DNA of 64,000 nucleotides from an uncultured Methanoregulaceae archaeon (lineage in GTDB: Archaea; Halobacteriota; Methanomicrobia; Methanomicrobiales; Methanospirillaceae), in NCBI GenBank assembly GCA_963737635.1, contig CAVTTL010000001.1:928001-992000 (forward strand), in the 5' to 3' direction. The translations under genes were made by a program, and so were the position numbers. Numbering within the stretch: position 1 is the first letter of the stretch; the number at the start of each line of letters is the position of its first letter. The notes below the pieces were generated by a model. It saw only the letters and a program-made list of their open reading frames with translations. It made no database searches and was not told the DNA's origin. This document shows positions 13,682 to 24,564 of the stretch, piece after piece.

Positions 13682-14839
13682 ATGGCCTATAAGAGTTTGT
13701 GTGCGGTAAAAGGAGTCACCGCAAACGGTATTAAGGAAGGAAAGTTCGGTCTCGCCCTTATCCGGGCAAGTGGAACAGCGGCAGGCGTGTTCACATCGAA
13801 TCTTGCCAAGGCGGCACCGATTGAACTGATGCGAAAGCAGATTAAAAAAGGAAAACTGGACGCGGTGATCGCAAACAGCGGTTGCGCCAATGCCTATACC
13901 GGCAAGAGGGGATACGAAGACGCTGTTACCATGACAGACTATGCCGGATCCGCACTGGGCGTGGATGGTACCTCGGTCGGCGTGGCAAGCACCGGTGTTA
14001 TCGGCAGGTACCTTGATCTGCCCTTAATCCGGCGCCAGTGCGCGGATGTTGCGCTCAACCTTACTTCAACGCCGGATGCAGAGGACCGGGCGGTCCGGGC
14101 GATCATGACCACGGATCTCCATCCCAAACATGCGCTGGTCGAAAAGGAAGGTTTCACCATCGGGGCGATTGCCAAAGGAAGCGGCATGATCGCACCCAAC
14201 ATGGGTACCATGCTCGCGTTCATCTATACTGATGCGGAGATTGGGGCAAAGCCTCTCAGGGAGACGCTCAGGCAGGCGACAGCCCGGACATTCAACCGTG
14301 TCGTTGTGGACGGCGACACGAGTACCAACGACATCGCACTCTGCATTGCAACTGGTGAATCCGGGAAAGTAAATCTCGGGGAATTCTCCACCGCGCTCGA
14401 GGCGTGCTGCCGCTCGCTTGCGCAGCAGATCGCAGCCGACGGCGAAGGTGCAAGCAAGCTGCTCGAAGTCACCGTCCGGGGCGCCCCAAAAGAGGAGGCT
14501 GCCGCAAAAGTGGCCCGGGTCGTGATCGAATCGCCGCTCGTGAAGACGGCGGTATACGGTGAGGACCCCAACTGGGGCCGGGTCATTGCTGCGGCAGGCC
14601 GCGCCGGCGTAAAATTTGACCCTAACGCGGTCTCCCTCTGGATCAGCGATGGGAACAACCAGTATCCCCTGGTAAAATCCGGCGAGATCATTGCCGATCT
14701 GACAAAGGCCAAGGCTGCGATGCACGGTGACAAGGTTATTTTCGTGCTCGATCTTGGGGCCGGAAAAGAAGAAGCCACAGCATGGGGCTGCGACCTCACG
14801 GAAAAGTATGTCGAGATCAACGGGAGGTACACAACATGA
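13682..14839 (+). CDS. argJ: Ornithine acetyltransferase / N-acetylglutamate synthase
   Basis: [30 protein letters not shown] and DPNWGR motifs. Confidence 0.96.
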   Translation: MAYKSLCAVKGVTANGIKEGKFGLALIRASGTAAGVFTSNLAKAAPIELMRKQIKKGKLDAVIANSGCANAYTGKRGYEDAVTMTDYAGSALGVDGTSVGVASTGVIGRYLDLPLIRRQCADVALNLTSTPDAEDRAVRAIMTTDLHPKHALVEKEGFTIGAIAKGSGMIAPNMGTMLAFIYTDAEIGAKPLRETLRQATARTFNRVVVDGDTSTNDIALCIATGESGKVNLGEFSTALEACCRSLAQQIAADGEGASKLLEVTVRGAPKEEAAAKVARVVIESPLVKTAVYGEDPNWGRVIAAAGRAGVKFDPNAVSLWISDGNNQYPLVKSGEIIADLTKAKAAMHGDKVIFVLDLGAGKEEATAWGCDLTEKYVEINGRYTT

Positions 14840-15711
14840 TGAAACGCGAGGACGTCCTGATGGAAGCCCTTCCTTACATCCAGCAGTTCCACGGTAAAAC
14901 GATCGTTATCAAGCTCGGGGGGCACGCGATGGTCGATCCGGTCGTCCTTGAAAACGCTATAAAGGACGCCGTCCTCCTCCATTATGTCGGGATCCACGTC
15001 GTGCTTGTCCATGGCGGGGGACCGGAAATCACCGAGAAGATGAAGGCCCTCGGAAAGGAATCGGTCTTTGTAGGGGGGCTTCGGGTCACCGATCAGGAAA
15101 CGCTCGAGATCGCCCAGATGGTGCTCGTCGGTAAGATTAACAAGGGAATCATCTCCCTGATTGCAAAATGCGGTGCAAAAGGCGTGGGGCTCTCGGGAAG
15201 CGACGGGAACATTATTATCGCAAAGAAAATGGATCTCCAGAAGATCAACGTGGAGGGTGTGGAACAGGAAGTCGACCTTGGGCGTGTCGGTGAGATCGAA
15301 TGGATCGATCCCGAGCTGCTCAATATCCTTCTTGAACGGGGGTATATCCCGGTTATCTCCCCGATTGCTATCGACCGGAATGGGGGGAATCTCAACATTA
15401 ACGCAGATACCGCCGCAGGGGACATTGCTGTCGCACTCAAGGCATACAAGCTGATCAACATGACCGATGTCGACGGCGTGATGGATGCGAAGCGAACCCA
15501 TGTTTTCCGTAAGCTCTCCATCAATGAGGCCCATTCTCTTCTTTCATCTGGCGCCATCGGCGAGGGAATGATCCCAAAAGTGACTTCGGTGATAAAAGCA
15601 GTGGAGAATGGTGTCCGCTATGCCCATATTATCAACGGCAACGTGGAGCACAACCTCATCCTCGAACTCTTCACCCATGAGGGTGTGGGGACAATGATCT
15701 CCCTCCAGTAG
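14836..15711 (+). CDS. argB: Acetylglutamate kinase
   Basis: EALPYI, VIKLGG, VHGGGP, NINAD and GMIPK motifs. Confidence 0.96.
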   Translation: MMKREDVLMEALPYIQQFHGKTIVIKLGGHAMVDPVVLENAIKDAVLLHYVGIHVVLVHGGGPEITEKMKALGKESVFVGGLRVTDQETLEIAQMVLVGKINKGIISLIAKCGAKGVGLSGSDGNIIIAKKMDLQKINVEGVEQEVDLGRVGEIEWIDPELLNILLERGYIPVISPIAIDRNGGNLNINADTAAGDIAVALKAYKLINMTDVDGVMDAKRTHVFRKLSINEAHSLLSSGAIGEGMIPKVTSVIKAVENGVRYAHIINGNVEHNLILELFTHEGVGTMISLQ

Positions 15712-15788
15712 GTTTTTTTGCCGCTGCGGCAACATTCATGTGCCAAAAGATCAATATTCCAGCACAATAAGCGGACAGGTGTCACCGG

Positions 15789-16193
15789 ATGGACAAGGTC
15801 ATAAAATTCGTTATTGCACTGTTTGTGATTATCGCTCTTGGAAGCCTTGCGTATGTTCTTTTTTCCGCCCCGGCATCTTCTTCCGGTACGACCTCGGCCG
15901 CAAACGATACTATCGTCTATTATTTCTATGGCCAGGGATGCCCGCACTGCGCAAAGGTTGAGCCATTCATGGAGAATATGACAAAAGAATATCCTGATGT
16001 CGATATCCGGATGCTCGAAGTCTGGTATAACCAGACCAACCAGCAGATCTATGCTCAGGTGAATGCGCAAGCAGGCATCTCCACACCACCGGGAGTACCT
16101 GAAATTGTCATCGGCAAAACGGTCCTTGTTGGAGAAGTTGATATCCCTGCAAAACTCGAAGGATACCTCCAGGCCATCGAAAAAAAAAAGTAA
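15789..16193 (+). CDS. Membrane-anchored thioredoxin/glutaredoxin-like protein (CPHC); possible N-terminal part of a frameshifted fusion
   Basis: N-terminal TM helix, YFYGQGCPHC and GVP cis-Pro motif; ends on an A10-G run followed by TAA. Confidence 0.8.
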   Translation: MDKVIKFVIALFVIIALGSLAYVLFSAPASSSGTTSAANDTIVYYFYGQGCPHCAKVEPFMENMTKEYPDVDIRMLEVWYNQTNQQIYAQVNAQAGISTPPGVPEIVIGKTVLVGEVDIPAKLEGYLQAIEKKK

Positions 16194-16201
16194 CCCCTGA
16201 T

Positions 16202-17271
16202 TTGTCAGGAGCGAAAAACCAGTCCTCAATCTCATCCCTCGGAACAGATCTGAATCGCACGGTTGTCGGGTACTTTTTCTACGGCGACGGGTGCAGCCAC
16301 TGCGATAATATAAAACCGTTTATTTCGGAAATACAATCCCGCTACCCGGATCTCGATCTCGAGCAGCTCGAGGTCTACCACAACGCCACCAACCAGGCCC
16401 TTTTCCTTGGGATGGATCAAAAGCTTGGCATACCTTCCGCAGGAGTCCCCACCATCATTATCGGCGACCATGTTCTCGTTGGCGAGGATCAGATCCGGAA
16501 CCAGCTGGAGCAGGTAATTCAGGAGGAACAGGCATCTCCCGCAAGTGCGGCACAGGGAAATGTAACCTCAGCCAAAAACTGCCCGGTACCTTCACGACCC
16601 TGACCGTGCCACTGGTGATCTTCTGTGCAGGAATAGACAGCATTAACCCCTGTGCATTCTCGGTCCTGATCATTCTCCTGCTCTCCATCATCGCTCTCCA
16701 GACCCGCCGACAGGTGCTGATGGTAGGAATCACGTACATCGCCGCGGTTTTCTTGTTTTATTTCATCTCCGGTATCGGTGTCCTCTCCTTTGTGCATGTT
16801 TCCGGGGTTTCAAGCCTGATATCACAGGCAGCGGCGATTATTGCCATCGTCCTTGGTTTAGTTTATATCGTTGATGCAGCGGTGAAGAAGGAGGGATTTA
16901 TCCTTGCCATTCCCGCCTCGAAAAAACCGGTAATCGAGCGCTATATCATGACTGCAACGCTTCCCGCTGCTTTTGTCCTTGGCGTCCTTGTGGGTATCTT
17001 TGAACTTCCCTGCACCGGGGGAATCTACCTGACTATTCTCAGCCTGATAAGTAATACCCTTACCCTTTCAGAAGGAATTCCCTACCTGCTCCTCTATAAC
17101 TTTATCTTCGTCATGCCGCTCATCCTGATCCTTATTGCTGTTGTCGTAGGTATACCTCCCGAACGGGTCAATGCGTGGAGAATGGAGAACCGCCGGAAGC
17201 TCCGGTTTGTTATTGGCTTCGCTATGATTCTTGTTGGGATCTTCATCTTCTTTGGCCCCCTCTTCTTGTAA
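16202..17271 (+). CDS. Thioredoxin-like (CSHC) domain plus CcdA/DsbD transmembrane domain; frameshift near 16583
   Basis: FFYGDGCSHC domain followed by DSINPCAF and FELPCTGG CcdA cysteine motifs; one missing base joins the two ORFs; no ATG start or signal peptide of its own. Confidence 0.75.
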
Positions 17272-17338
17272 AAAATGCCGGGGAAATTCCCGTTTTTTCC
17301 GGATAAAAAAAACAGAGAATAAGGTTTGTAAATATTAT

Positions 17339-17636
17339 TTACGGGCTGTTTTTTTTCGGCATGGGTTTTTCCAGGGCAGCCCGTTGTGCTTTCTCGTTCA
17401 TGGCGATAAGGGTCTCAAATATTGCCTTGATCGGGACTGGATCGATATGGTTTGCCTTTGAGAGTTTCATCACGTATTCGAGTACGTCGAGTTTGCGCTG
17501 GTTGTCATGGACCGGTATTCCCCGCTCCTGTTTGATGGCGGCGATTTTTCCGGCAAGGCTCTGCCCGGTGTGCGATGAGGTGGATAATCTCCTCATCGAT
17601 CTGGGTTATCTCCGCCCGGATCTCTTCAATTGTCAT
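17339..17636 (-). CDS. Chorismate mutase (AroQ type); frameshift near 17565
   Basis: MTIEEIRAEITQIDEEIIHLIAHR joins QSLAGKIAAIKQERGIPVHD..R when one G is removed. Confidence 0.8.
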
Positions 17637-17739
17637 AGGGAAGTACATTGCAGGAAAAAGTGATAAACGTGATGATGCGCTGTGGTACCCTACACGAAAA
17701 CACATATGACAGAAACGCACTATCTGATCCAGTGGTTTC

Positions 17740-18393
17740 ATGCTTGGAAAAATTACACGGCGCGAGGAATATGATCTTTTTGCTGCATGGCTGGCAGTAT
17801 CCCTTTCGTTTGCAATCATCAAACTGGCACCATACGGTGTTCTTGGTCCTATACAGCCCGTCGAACCGATGATTGCCCTGACTTATCTTGTTATTGCCCT
17901 TCTCACCGTGGGGATAGGTCTGGTGCTGCATGAACTGGCGCATAAATTCGCCGCCATAAAATACGGGTTCTGGGCTGAGTTCAGGAAAAGCAACTTCATG
18001 CTGCTCGTGGCAATTGCCCTTGCGGCGTTGGTGGGATTTGTGTTTGCTGCACCAGGCGCAACCGTGATCTCCAGCGTCAGGCCTGACGGAAGGCAGCTCA
18101 GCCGTGAAGAAAACGGGAAGATATCTGCAGCCGGGCCACTCACGAACCTCCTTCTCTGTATACCGTTTGCCTTCCTTCTTCTTGTCAGCGGAGGCCTCTC
18201 CCTCTCTCCGGGAAGCCTCCTCAGCCAGATTGGTATATTCGGGATCCAGATCAATGCCATGATCGCCGCATTCAACATGCTTCCGATCAGTATCCTTGAT
18301 GGGAACAAGGTTTTGTCCTGGAACATACCTGTTTTCGTGATACTGCTCGGGGTGTCATTCAGCCTGCTTGTGAGCTCTTTTTATATCCTCTGA
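17740..18393 (+). CDS. Site-2 protease (M50) family zinc metalloprotease
   Basis: HELAH, AAGP and FNMLP..LDG motifs. Confidence 0.9.
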   Translation: MLGKITRREEYDLFAAWLAVSLSFAIIKLAPYGVLGPIQPVEPMIALTYLVIALLTVGIGLVLHELAHKFAAIKYGFWAEFRKSNFMLLVAIALAALVGFVFAAPGATVISSVRPDGRQLSREENGKISAAGPLTNLLLCIPFAFLLLVSGGLSLSPGSLLSQIGIFGIQINAMIAAFNMLPISILDGNKVLSWNIPVFVILLGVSFSLLVSSFYIL

Positions 18394-18422
18394 TACATCT
18401 TTTTTTGTCTGCTTTTGCGTTT

Positions 18423-19031
18423 TTAGTTGCTTCCAATGATCTTCTCCAGGTCCCGCACGCTCTGCTGTCCCATTTCATACGCCTCTTTTAATGCGGTCGG
18501 GTGATTTTTGATACCGTTATAACCGTCCATGTTATTTGCAACGATATTGAGAGTATAGTCAAATCCCACATCATGGAAGAGGGCGGTAATCGCCGGGAAT
18601 GCGCTGTCAAATACCTTAGTGGAGTTCTGCCCTGCAGTCGAAATGAACACACCCTTATGCGTCTTTGAGTGATTTTCTGAGAAGTCCAGTGTTTTTAGGA
18701 TAAACTTCCGTGCCCAGAGATATTGCGCCCGGTCGATGAACCCTTTGAGTTGGGCGGTAATCCCCATGCTGTAGATGGGGGACGCGACAGCAACGCAATC
18801 GGCTGCCAATATCTTATCATATAAACCCGGGGCATCATCCTTCACGATACACTGGCCGGTCTTATGGCAGGCGTTGCATCCCCGGCAGGGAGAATAATTG
18901 AGCTCTTGGAGCACCACTTTTTCCACAGATGCCCCGGCGGCTTTGGCTCCTTCAAGGAAACTGTCAAGGAGGGTTTCAGTATTTCCGTGGCGGTGCGGAC
19001 TTCCTGAAATACCGAGTACTTTTACGGTCAT
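18423..19031 (-). CDS. Iron-sulfur flavoprotein (flavodoxin-like, FMN reductase family)
   Basis: GISGSPHRHGNT, CRGCNACHKTGQC and ASPIY motifs. Confidence 0.9.
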   Translation of the reverse strand: MTVKVLGISGSPHRHGNTETLLDSFLEGAKAAGASVEKVVLQELNYSPCRGCNACHKTGQCIVKDDAPGLYDKILAADCVAVASPIYSMGITAQLKGFIDRAQYLWARKFILKTLDFSENHSKTHKGVFISTAGQNSTKVFDSAFPAITALFHDVGFDYTLNIVANNMDGYNGIKNHPTALKEAYEMGQQSVRDLEKIIGSN

Positions 19032-19654
19032 GTCTTTGGCCCTTCTGCCAGTCTTTTTTTCAGTTCAGCAATGACGGTCTTTCCCAGTTTTTCGGCATCG
19101 GAGCGGGCAGTGGGGTGGCTGTTGATCGCACCCTTCTCATCTACACCGTTTATCATGAGGTAGCTGATATCTGCGTCCCTGATATCGATCACATGGTAAA
19201 AACATTTGACCGACGGTACCGCCGCATCAAACACATTCGGCCACGTTTGTCCCGCGGTCGCAAGAAAGACCCCTAGGCGTTTGCCCTTTCTTTCCGGCGG
19301 GACAATCGGTAGTTTAAGAACATATTTCCGGGACCGGAAAACCTGTGCACGATCGACGAGAGCTTTTACCTGCGAGCAGAGCCCCATGCAAAAGATAGGG
19401 GATGAAAGAACGATACAATCTGCTTCGACAATCTTGTCATGCCAGATATCCATCCCATCGCGCTGGACGCACTTGTTGAGTTTTTCGCACGCGTTGCACC
19501 CCCGGCAGGGATTGATATTGGCCTCGGACAGCGGGACCTTCTCGATAGTGACGTCCTGTTCTCCTGCCATGGATGCAAGCATCCAATCGAGCAGCGTCTC
19601 CGAATTGCCAAACCTGCGCGGGCTGCCGGCAAACGCGAGGATCTTTATAGGCAT
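19028..19654 (-). CDS. Iron-sulfur flavoprotein (flavodoxin-like)
   Basis: AGSPRRFGNS, CRGCNACEKLNKC and SSPIF motifs. Confidence 0.9.
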   Translation of the reverse strand: MPIKILAFAGSPRRFGNSETLLDWMLASMAGEQDVTIEKVPLSEANINPCRGCNACEKLNKCVQRDGMDIWHDKIVEADCIVLSSPIFCMGLCSQVKALVDRAQVFRSRKYVLKLPIVPPERKGKRLGVFLATAGQTWPNVFDAAVPSVKCFYHVIDIRDADISYLMINGVDEKGAINSHPTARSDAEKLGKTVIAELKKRLAEGPKT

Positions 19655-19798
19655 GGATGATGCTTGGATACGGATGGTGAAAAATCATTGGATATGGAAT
19701 CTGCCACATACAGGAGCATATGCGATCCAATCGGATCAGCGTAGTAAATTGGACGAAAATCTCTGAAAAACAAAAAAATGATCTGACCTATCGCGGTA

Positions 19799-20182
19799 TT
19801 ATTTTTTCATGACTTCATCCAGCTGTGCCTTCCCGTAGACATACGCCGGCATCCCTGAAAGAAGGAAGGTAACCCGGAGTGCCTCTTCTACCTCAGCCTT
19901 AGTGACACCGAGGTTTGCAGCACCCATAAGTTGGGCACGGACGGCATGCTGGTCGCGAAGGGCCGCTGCTATTGCAATGGCAATCAGCTTCTTGGTCTTT
20001 TTCGTAAGCTTACCATCGTCCCAGATGTGGTCTTCCATCTTTATGACCAGCTTGTACATGTCGGGATCGCTTACGGTCAGTTCTCTGAAGAATTTGGGTA
20101 CTTTCCCGATCTTCTTTTCCAGTCCGTCAAGTTCTTTTGTGGTTTTGCTTTTTGCAACAGGCTTTTTGACAACCATACTCAT
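19799..20182 (-). CDS. Carboxymuconolactone decarboxylase / AhpD-like protein
   Basis: [15 protein letters not shown] and A..LGVT.AEV.EAL pattern; no CxxC. Confidence 0.8.
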   Translation of the reverse strand: MSMVVKKPVAKSKTTKELDGLEKKIGKVPKFFRELTVSDPDMYKLVIKMEDHIWDDGKLTKKTKKLIAIAIAAALRDQHAVRAQLMGAANLGVTKAEVEEALRVTFLLSGMPAYVYGKAQLDEVMKK

Positions 20183-20307
20183 TCACTCACCAGTATCATT
20201 GGTTCCCCGCAGCAGACCAGTTCTCCGCCGCCGGCTTCTTTTACAACTACAATATTCCCGCAGATCTCACATTTGAAGACCTGCCCTTCTGCAGAAACAT
20301 TCACCAT
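20179..20307 (-). CDS. Desulforedoxin (42 aa; not in ORF track)
   Basis: Manual translation [42 protein letters not shown] has the CxxC...CC iron motif; its stop overlaps the CMD start (ATGA). Confidence 0.9.
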   Translation of the reverse strand: MVNVSAEGQVFKCEICGNIVVVKEAGGGELVCCGEPMILVSE

Positions 20308-20424
20308 GCTGAATCTTGTCCTCCGTCACGTTACGCTTACTGCAATACCGGCCCCCGGAAAACCTCTCAAAGGACCTCTCCGGGTATTCATAACTAGCAG
20401 TACAGATACCGGAAAAATAAGAAA

Positions 20425-20664
20425 TTACTGAAAGCTCTTACCCCGTCGTGGGGGATTCTTGGCATCATCTGGAGTCTTAATATCCGGCCGTATATGGGTC
20501 ATTGGAAAACACTGGTACTCCTCGCAGGAACAGGCCGGGCATTTACGGAGATCCTGTTCGCTCTTGTCCAAGGTCAGTTCCTTTCCGCAGTCAATACATA
20601 CGTATTTTCCCGGTCCAACCTTCTGGCCTGCCGTATACGTCTTTTGTTCGGTCAGATATATCAC
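20425..20664 (-). CDS. Small zinc-ribbon protein
   Basis: YTAGQKVGPGKYVCIDCG...CPAC. Confidence 0.75.
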   Translation of the reverse strand: MIYLTEQKTYTAGQKVGPGKYVCIDCGKELTLDKSEQDLRKCPACSCEEYQCFPMTHIRPDIKTPDDAKNPPRRGKSFQ

Positions 20665-20913
20665 CAGACTTCACTTTCATGTCAAAGATATTTATCAGTT
20701 GTGTTAGTAGCTTCTGTCAAGTCTTAGGAGGTGGAGAGTTCTCAGGAAACTGCCAAAAAACTCGGCACATATGTGGGGGAGGTGGATCCCTTTCCCTCCC
20801 AACACTTTTTCCCGGGTGGTACCGGGCCGACGGCTTAGCAAAAGGGGATAAGTTGTAAAGTCTCCTGAAACTATCGAAGTCTTTAAAAGTTAAGATTCTA
20901 TAATCATCCACAA

Positions 20914-22599
20914 ATGAATGTGGAGCCCAAATCGACACCTTTTGATCAGATACTCTTTTTGATCTTCATCGCCACGTTTGCAACGATGACGGTCTTCGAA
21001 TTGGCCGGGCAGGCTTTCTATCCGTACCCTCCCGATTGGCGTTCGAACCTGATTACCAGCCTCTTTACAAGCGGGCTCGCTGTCATCATTGCCTACTTTC
21101 CCCTCAACGCCTACTATGCCAAGAGTGTTGAGGTACTCTCGGAGATAGAGAGACGCCGCTTGGTGGAAATAGAATTACGGGAGAGCGAGGAGAAGTTCCG
21201 GGGCATCTTTGATACGATAAATGACGGAATCCACATCCACGAGATTGAACCGGACGGGAAACCCGGAAAATTCATAGAAGTAAACGAAATCGCCTGCCGG
21301 ATGCTGCAGTATACCCGTGAGGAACAGCTGGATCAGGGGCCCCTTGATATTGTCACCCAATACCATAGCCGGCCTTTCAAAGATATTATCGGGGAATTAT
21401 CAACGACCGGTCATGCCATCTTCGAGACCGAGCACCGGAGAAAGGATGGGATCATTGTTCCTGTCGAGATCAATGCCCACGTGGTCAGTCTCCAGGGAAA
21501 AAAGGTAATGGCATCAGTAGTCCGGGATATCACCGAACGCAAGAAAGCCGAAGAAGCACTCCACGAAAGTGAGGAGAAGTTCCGGACGGTCGTTGAGAAT
21601 ACCTTGGACGGCATACTGATTGTTACCTTGACCGGGGTAATTATTTTTCGTAATCGGGCATTGGCGAACATTTTCGATATTAAGGGAGACTCGTACCAGC
21701 TCAGTCCGAAAAACGTCATGGAGTTCATCTCCCCAGGATCGAGATCTCAAGTCCTCCATGACTTCAGTCAGGTTGCGCAAGGGATTGATAGCTACCCCAT
21801 GAATTACCAGGCTACAACAGCCGCAGGACGGCAGATCTGGGTTGAGAGCATCGGGAAGCGGATTCAGTTCCGGAATTCTCCTGCCATACTCATTTCGATC
21901 ACGGATATTACCTCGAGGAAACTCATGGAAGATGCGATACTGCGGGCAAACAAGCAGCTCAACCTCCTTTCAAGCATCACCCGCCATGACATCAACAACC
22001 AGCTTCAGGCACTGAACGGGTCGGCCGAAATGTTACATATGAAAATGGTCGATTCCTCATTTGAAAACGATTTCTCCCGTATCATGGAGGCAATCGGCCG
22101 GATCACCGCCATGATCCAGTTCACCAAAGAATATGAGGAAATTGGTGTACGTGCTACGGTCTGGCAAAATCTTCAGACTCTGGTGAACAGCGCAGGAAAG
22201 AGTGCCACACTCGGACAGGTCACACTTAAAAACGATATTCCCGCAAATACGGAAGTGTTTGCCGATCCGCTGATCGTTAAGGTTTTTTTCAACTTGATAG
22301 ATAATGCTCTGCGGCATGGAGGTAAAATCAGAACAATCCGGTTCTATCTCGAGGCACGCGATGAGAACTGGATCATTGTATGCGAAGACGATGGGGATGG
22401 TGTAGTCACTGAGGTGAAAGAGAGGATATTCTATCGAGGGTTCGGGAAGAACACTGGTTTTGGACTGGCCATTTCCAGGGAGATTCTTGATATCACAGGC
22501 ATCACGATTCGTGAGACTGGTGAGCCGGGCAAAGGTGCTCGGTTCGATATGGTCGTGCCAAAAGAAGCATATCGTGTAGTCAATCTAACAGAGAGATAA
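20914..22599 (+). CDS. Membrane PAS/PAC sensor histidine kinase
   Basis: Two N-terminal TM helices, two PAS domains, ITRHDINNQL H-box, NLIDNA N-box, DDGDG and GFGL G-boxes. Confidence 0.93.
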   Translation: MNVEPKSTPFDQILFLIFIATFATMTVFELAGQAFYPYPPDWRSNLITSLFTSGLAVIIAYFPLNAYYAKSVEVLSEIERRRLVEIELRESEEKFRGIFDTINDGIHIHEIEPDGKPGKFIEVNEIACRMLQYTREEQLDQGPLDIVTQYHSRPFKDIIGELSTTGHAIFETEHRRKDGIIVPVEINAHVVSLQGKKVMASVVRDITERKKAEEALHESEEKFRTVVENTLDGILIVTLTGVIIFRNRALANIFDIKGDSYQLSPKNVMEFISPGSRSQVLHDFSQVAQGIDSYPMNYQATTAAGRQIWVESIGKRIQFRNSPAILISITDITSRKLMEDAILRANKQLNLLSSITRHDINNQLQALNGSAEMLHMKMVDSSFENDFSRIMEAIGRITAMIQFTKEYEEIGVRATVWQNLQTLVNSAGKSATLGQVTLKNDIPANTEVFADPLIVKVFFNLIDNALRHGGKIRTIRFYLEARDENWIIVCEDDGDGVVTEVKERIFYRGFGKNTGFGLAISREILDITGITIRETGEPGKGARFDMVVPKEAYRVVNLTER

Positions 22600-23109
22600 T
22601 TGACGAGAGCATTCCTGGTGCCAGTGGGGGCCCGCTGGCGTTGTTCCCCACTCTTGCCGAGCTTCTGCCGAGCGAGCTTCACGATTGCCTTGAAGCGAGG
22701 CTTCTATCAAGTTGCCGGGAGGCGAAGAGCGCTCGGGAAACGCTATTCAAATTTTGATAAATGAGATGAGCATCGCGAGATTATTTATATATAAAAAACG
22801 ATATCCAAGTATGCGTTCGGAATTGGTTCCGCCGACAAATCCGAAAAACCGGGGAACGATCATAGATACTCCACTCAGTTCATTTAAACGAAAATTTATG
22901 GGTCTACCCTATGTTTTGTGGTTATCGAATAAACAGGATAAAGAAAAGAAATAATTTTTTACCATATTTCTGCGGAGTCAGCATCATATTCGCGTTTCTC
23001 TCCGTTAACTACAATCTGGTTGTATATCCGTTTAAGTCGTCATCAGAAGTTATTGGGCCTCTCTTTTCCAAATGCAAAACTATATCGGGTTTTTTCTCCT
23101 AATGCCGGT

Positions 23110-23710
23110 ATGGTTTCAAAGGTCATCGGCCTCCTTGGCAGTCCTCTCCCCGAAGGCAACACGGCACAGCTGCTGGCGCGGGCTGTGCAGGGTGCCAAGG
23201 ACGCCGGCTGTACCTGTGGAACTCATCCCGGTGACCGGCCTGGATTTCCAAGGCTGCCAGGAAATGTTTTTTTGTCGGGATCACGAGACCTGCATTCTCG
23301 ACGATGCTATGCAGCAGATCTACCCGAAATTCGTAGATATGGACGGCCTGATTCTTGCAACCCCTGTAATGACAATGGGTATTCCCGGTACCCTCAAATC
23401 GTTTATGGACCGGTTCCAGGTCTTTTTCATGGCTAAGTATCAGCGGAACCAATCCCTCGTCTCCCCGGAACGAAAGGAGACGCGTGCTGGCCTTTTTATC
23501 TGCATCTCCGGCATGGACATCCCGGAAGTGTTCGTCGGCGCAAAACTAACAATACGGGCGTTCTTTGATATAATTGATTGTAAGTACCGGGACGAGCTGT
23601 TTATCAACGGTATGGACCGCATCAGGGATATCACGACACAACCGGATCTTCTCGAGTCGGCGTACAAAAAGGGATTTGCCCTTGGGAAATCACTTACTGC
23701 GCGTGAATAA
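23110..23710 (+). CDS. Flavodoxin-like / iron-sulfur flavoprotein; frameshift near 23214
   Basis: GLLGSPLPEGNT joins ELIPV...CQEMFFCRDHETC, ATPV and LKSFMDR. Confidence 0.8.
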
Positions 23711-23721
23711 TCCCCAAGAGA

Positions 23722-24384
23722 TCAGACCAGTCCTTTTTCTTTCATGCTGGAGAAGCCGGCCCGTGTGACGATGAGATGGTCGAGGAGCTGGATGCCGAGC
23801 AGAGCTCCAGCCTCATTGAGCTGCTGGGTGATGGCGATGTCCTGGGGGCTTGCTTCGAGGGTTCCTGAAGGATGGTTGTGCACACAGATGACTGATGCCG
23901 CCCGATCGGTAATTGGCCCGGCAAATACTTCCCGGGGATGGACAAGGCTGTGGTTGAGGATTCCAATAGTAACAACACGACTGCGGATCACTTCACCGGC
24001 TCCGGTCAGCGAGATGCAGATAAAATGCTCCTGCGGTTTTTCCCGGTAGGAACTCACCAGCGGCAGCACATCCTCCGGTTTCTGGATTTTTACCGTTCCG
24101 GTAGGTTCGTACCTCCGGCGCCCGAGTTCGAGGCAGGCCATGATCTGGGCCGCTTTTGTCGGTCCGGTACCTCCGATAGCAAGGAGCTCTTCATACCGGA
24201 TCTGCCGGAAAGGATCCTCAAGCATCGAGGCAATGTCGCGGGCAATTACCCTGACGTCCCGGTTTTGCACGCCTCTCCCAATGATTGCTTCGATAAGCTC
24301 CGTGGTGGTGAGTGCACGTACACCTTTTTTTGCGATTTTTTCTCTCGGGCGGTCATATTCAGGGACATCTTTCATCTTTTTCAT
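23722..24384 (-). CDS. radC: RadC/UPF0758 JAB-domain protein
   Basis: DRPREK, VHPREVF, HNHPSG.LEAS..D and LLDHLIV motifs. Confidence 0.92.
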   Translation of the reverse strand: MKKMKDVPEYDRPREKIAKKGVRALTTTELIEAIIGRGVQNRDVRVIARDIASMLEDPFRQIRYEELLAIGGTGPTKAAQIMACLELGRRRYEPTGTVKIQKPEDVLPLVSSYREKPQEHFICISLTGAGEVIRSRVVTIGILNHSLVHPREVFAGPITDRAASVICVHNHPSGTLEASPQDIAITQQLNEAGALLGIQLLDHLIVTRAGFSSMKEKGLV

Positions 24385-24564
24385 GGTACAACCCGGCCGG
24401 GTAAAAAGATCTATGAGCCTGCACTTTTTCACTCATGTGTATGTGTGGTGTTCCAAAATCTATAACCTCTTTTATAGTTCTTTCAGCAAGTTCCGGGTTC
24501 TCGTCGGCGTCTGGCTGTGCAGCATAAAGAATCTTTAAGTAAAAATCAAACTATACGTTCCCTT

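Noticed and set aside
14224-15534. 436-aa antisense ORF (and similar long shadow ORFs, e.g. 8054-9019, 31487-32248)
   Set aside because: Lie opposite well-supported genes and have no recognisable motifs; expected in GC-rich coding DNA
20700-23100. Histidine kinase with odd flanks as a mobile insertion
   Set aside because: No terminal repeats, target duplication or recombinase found
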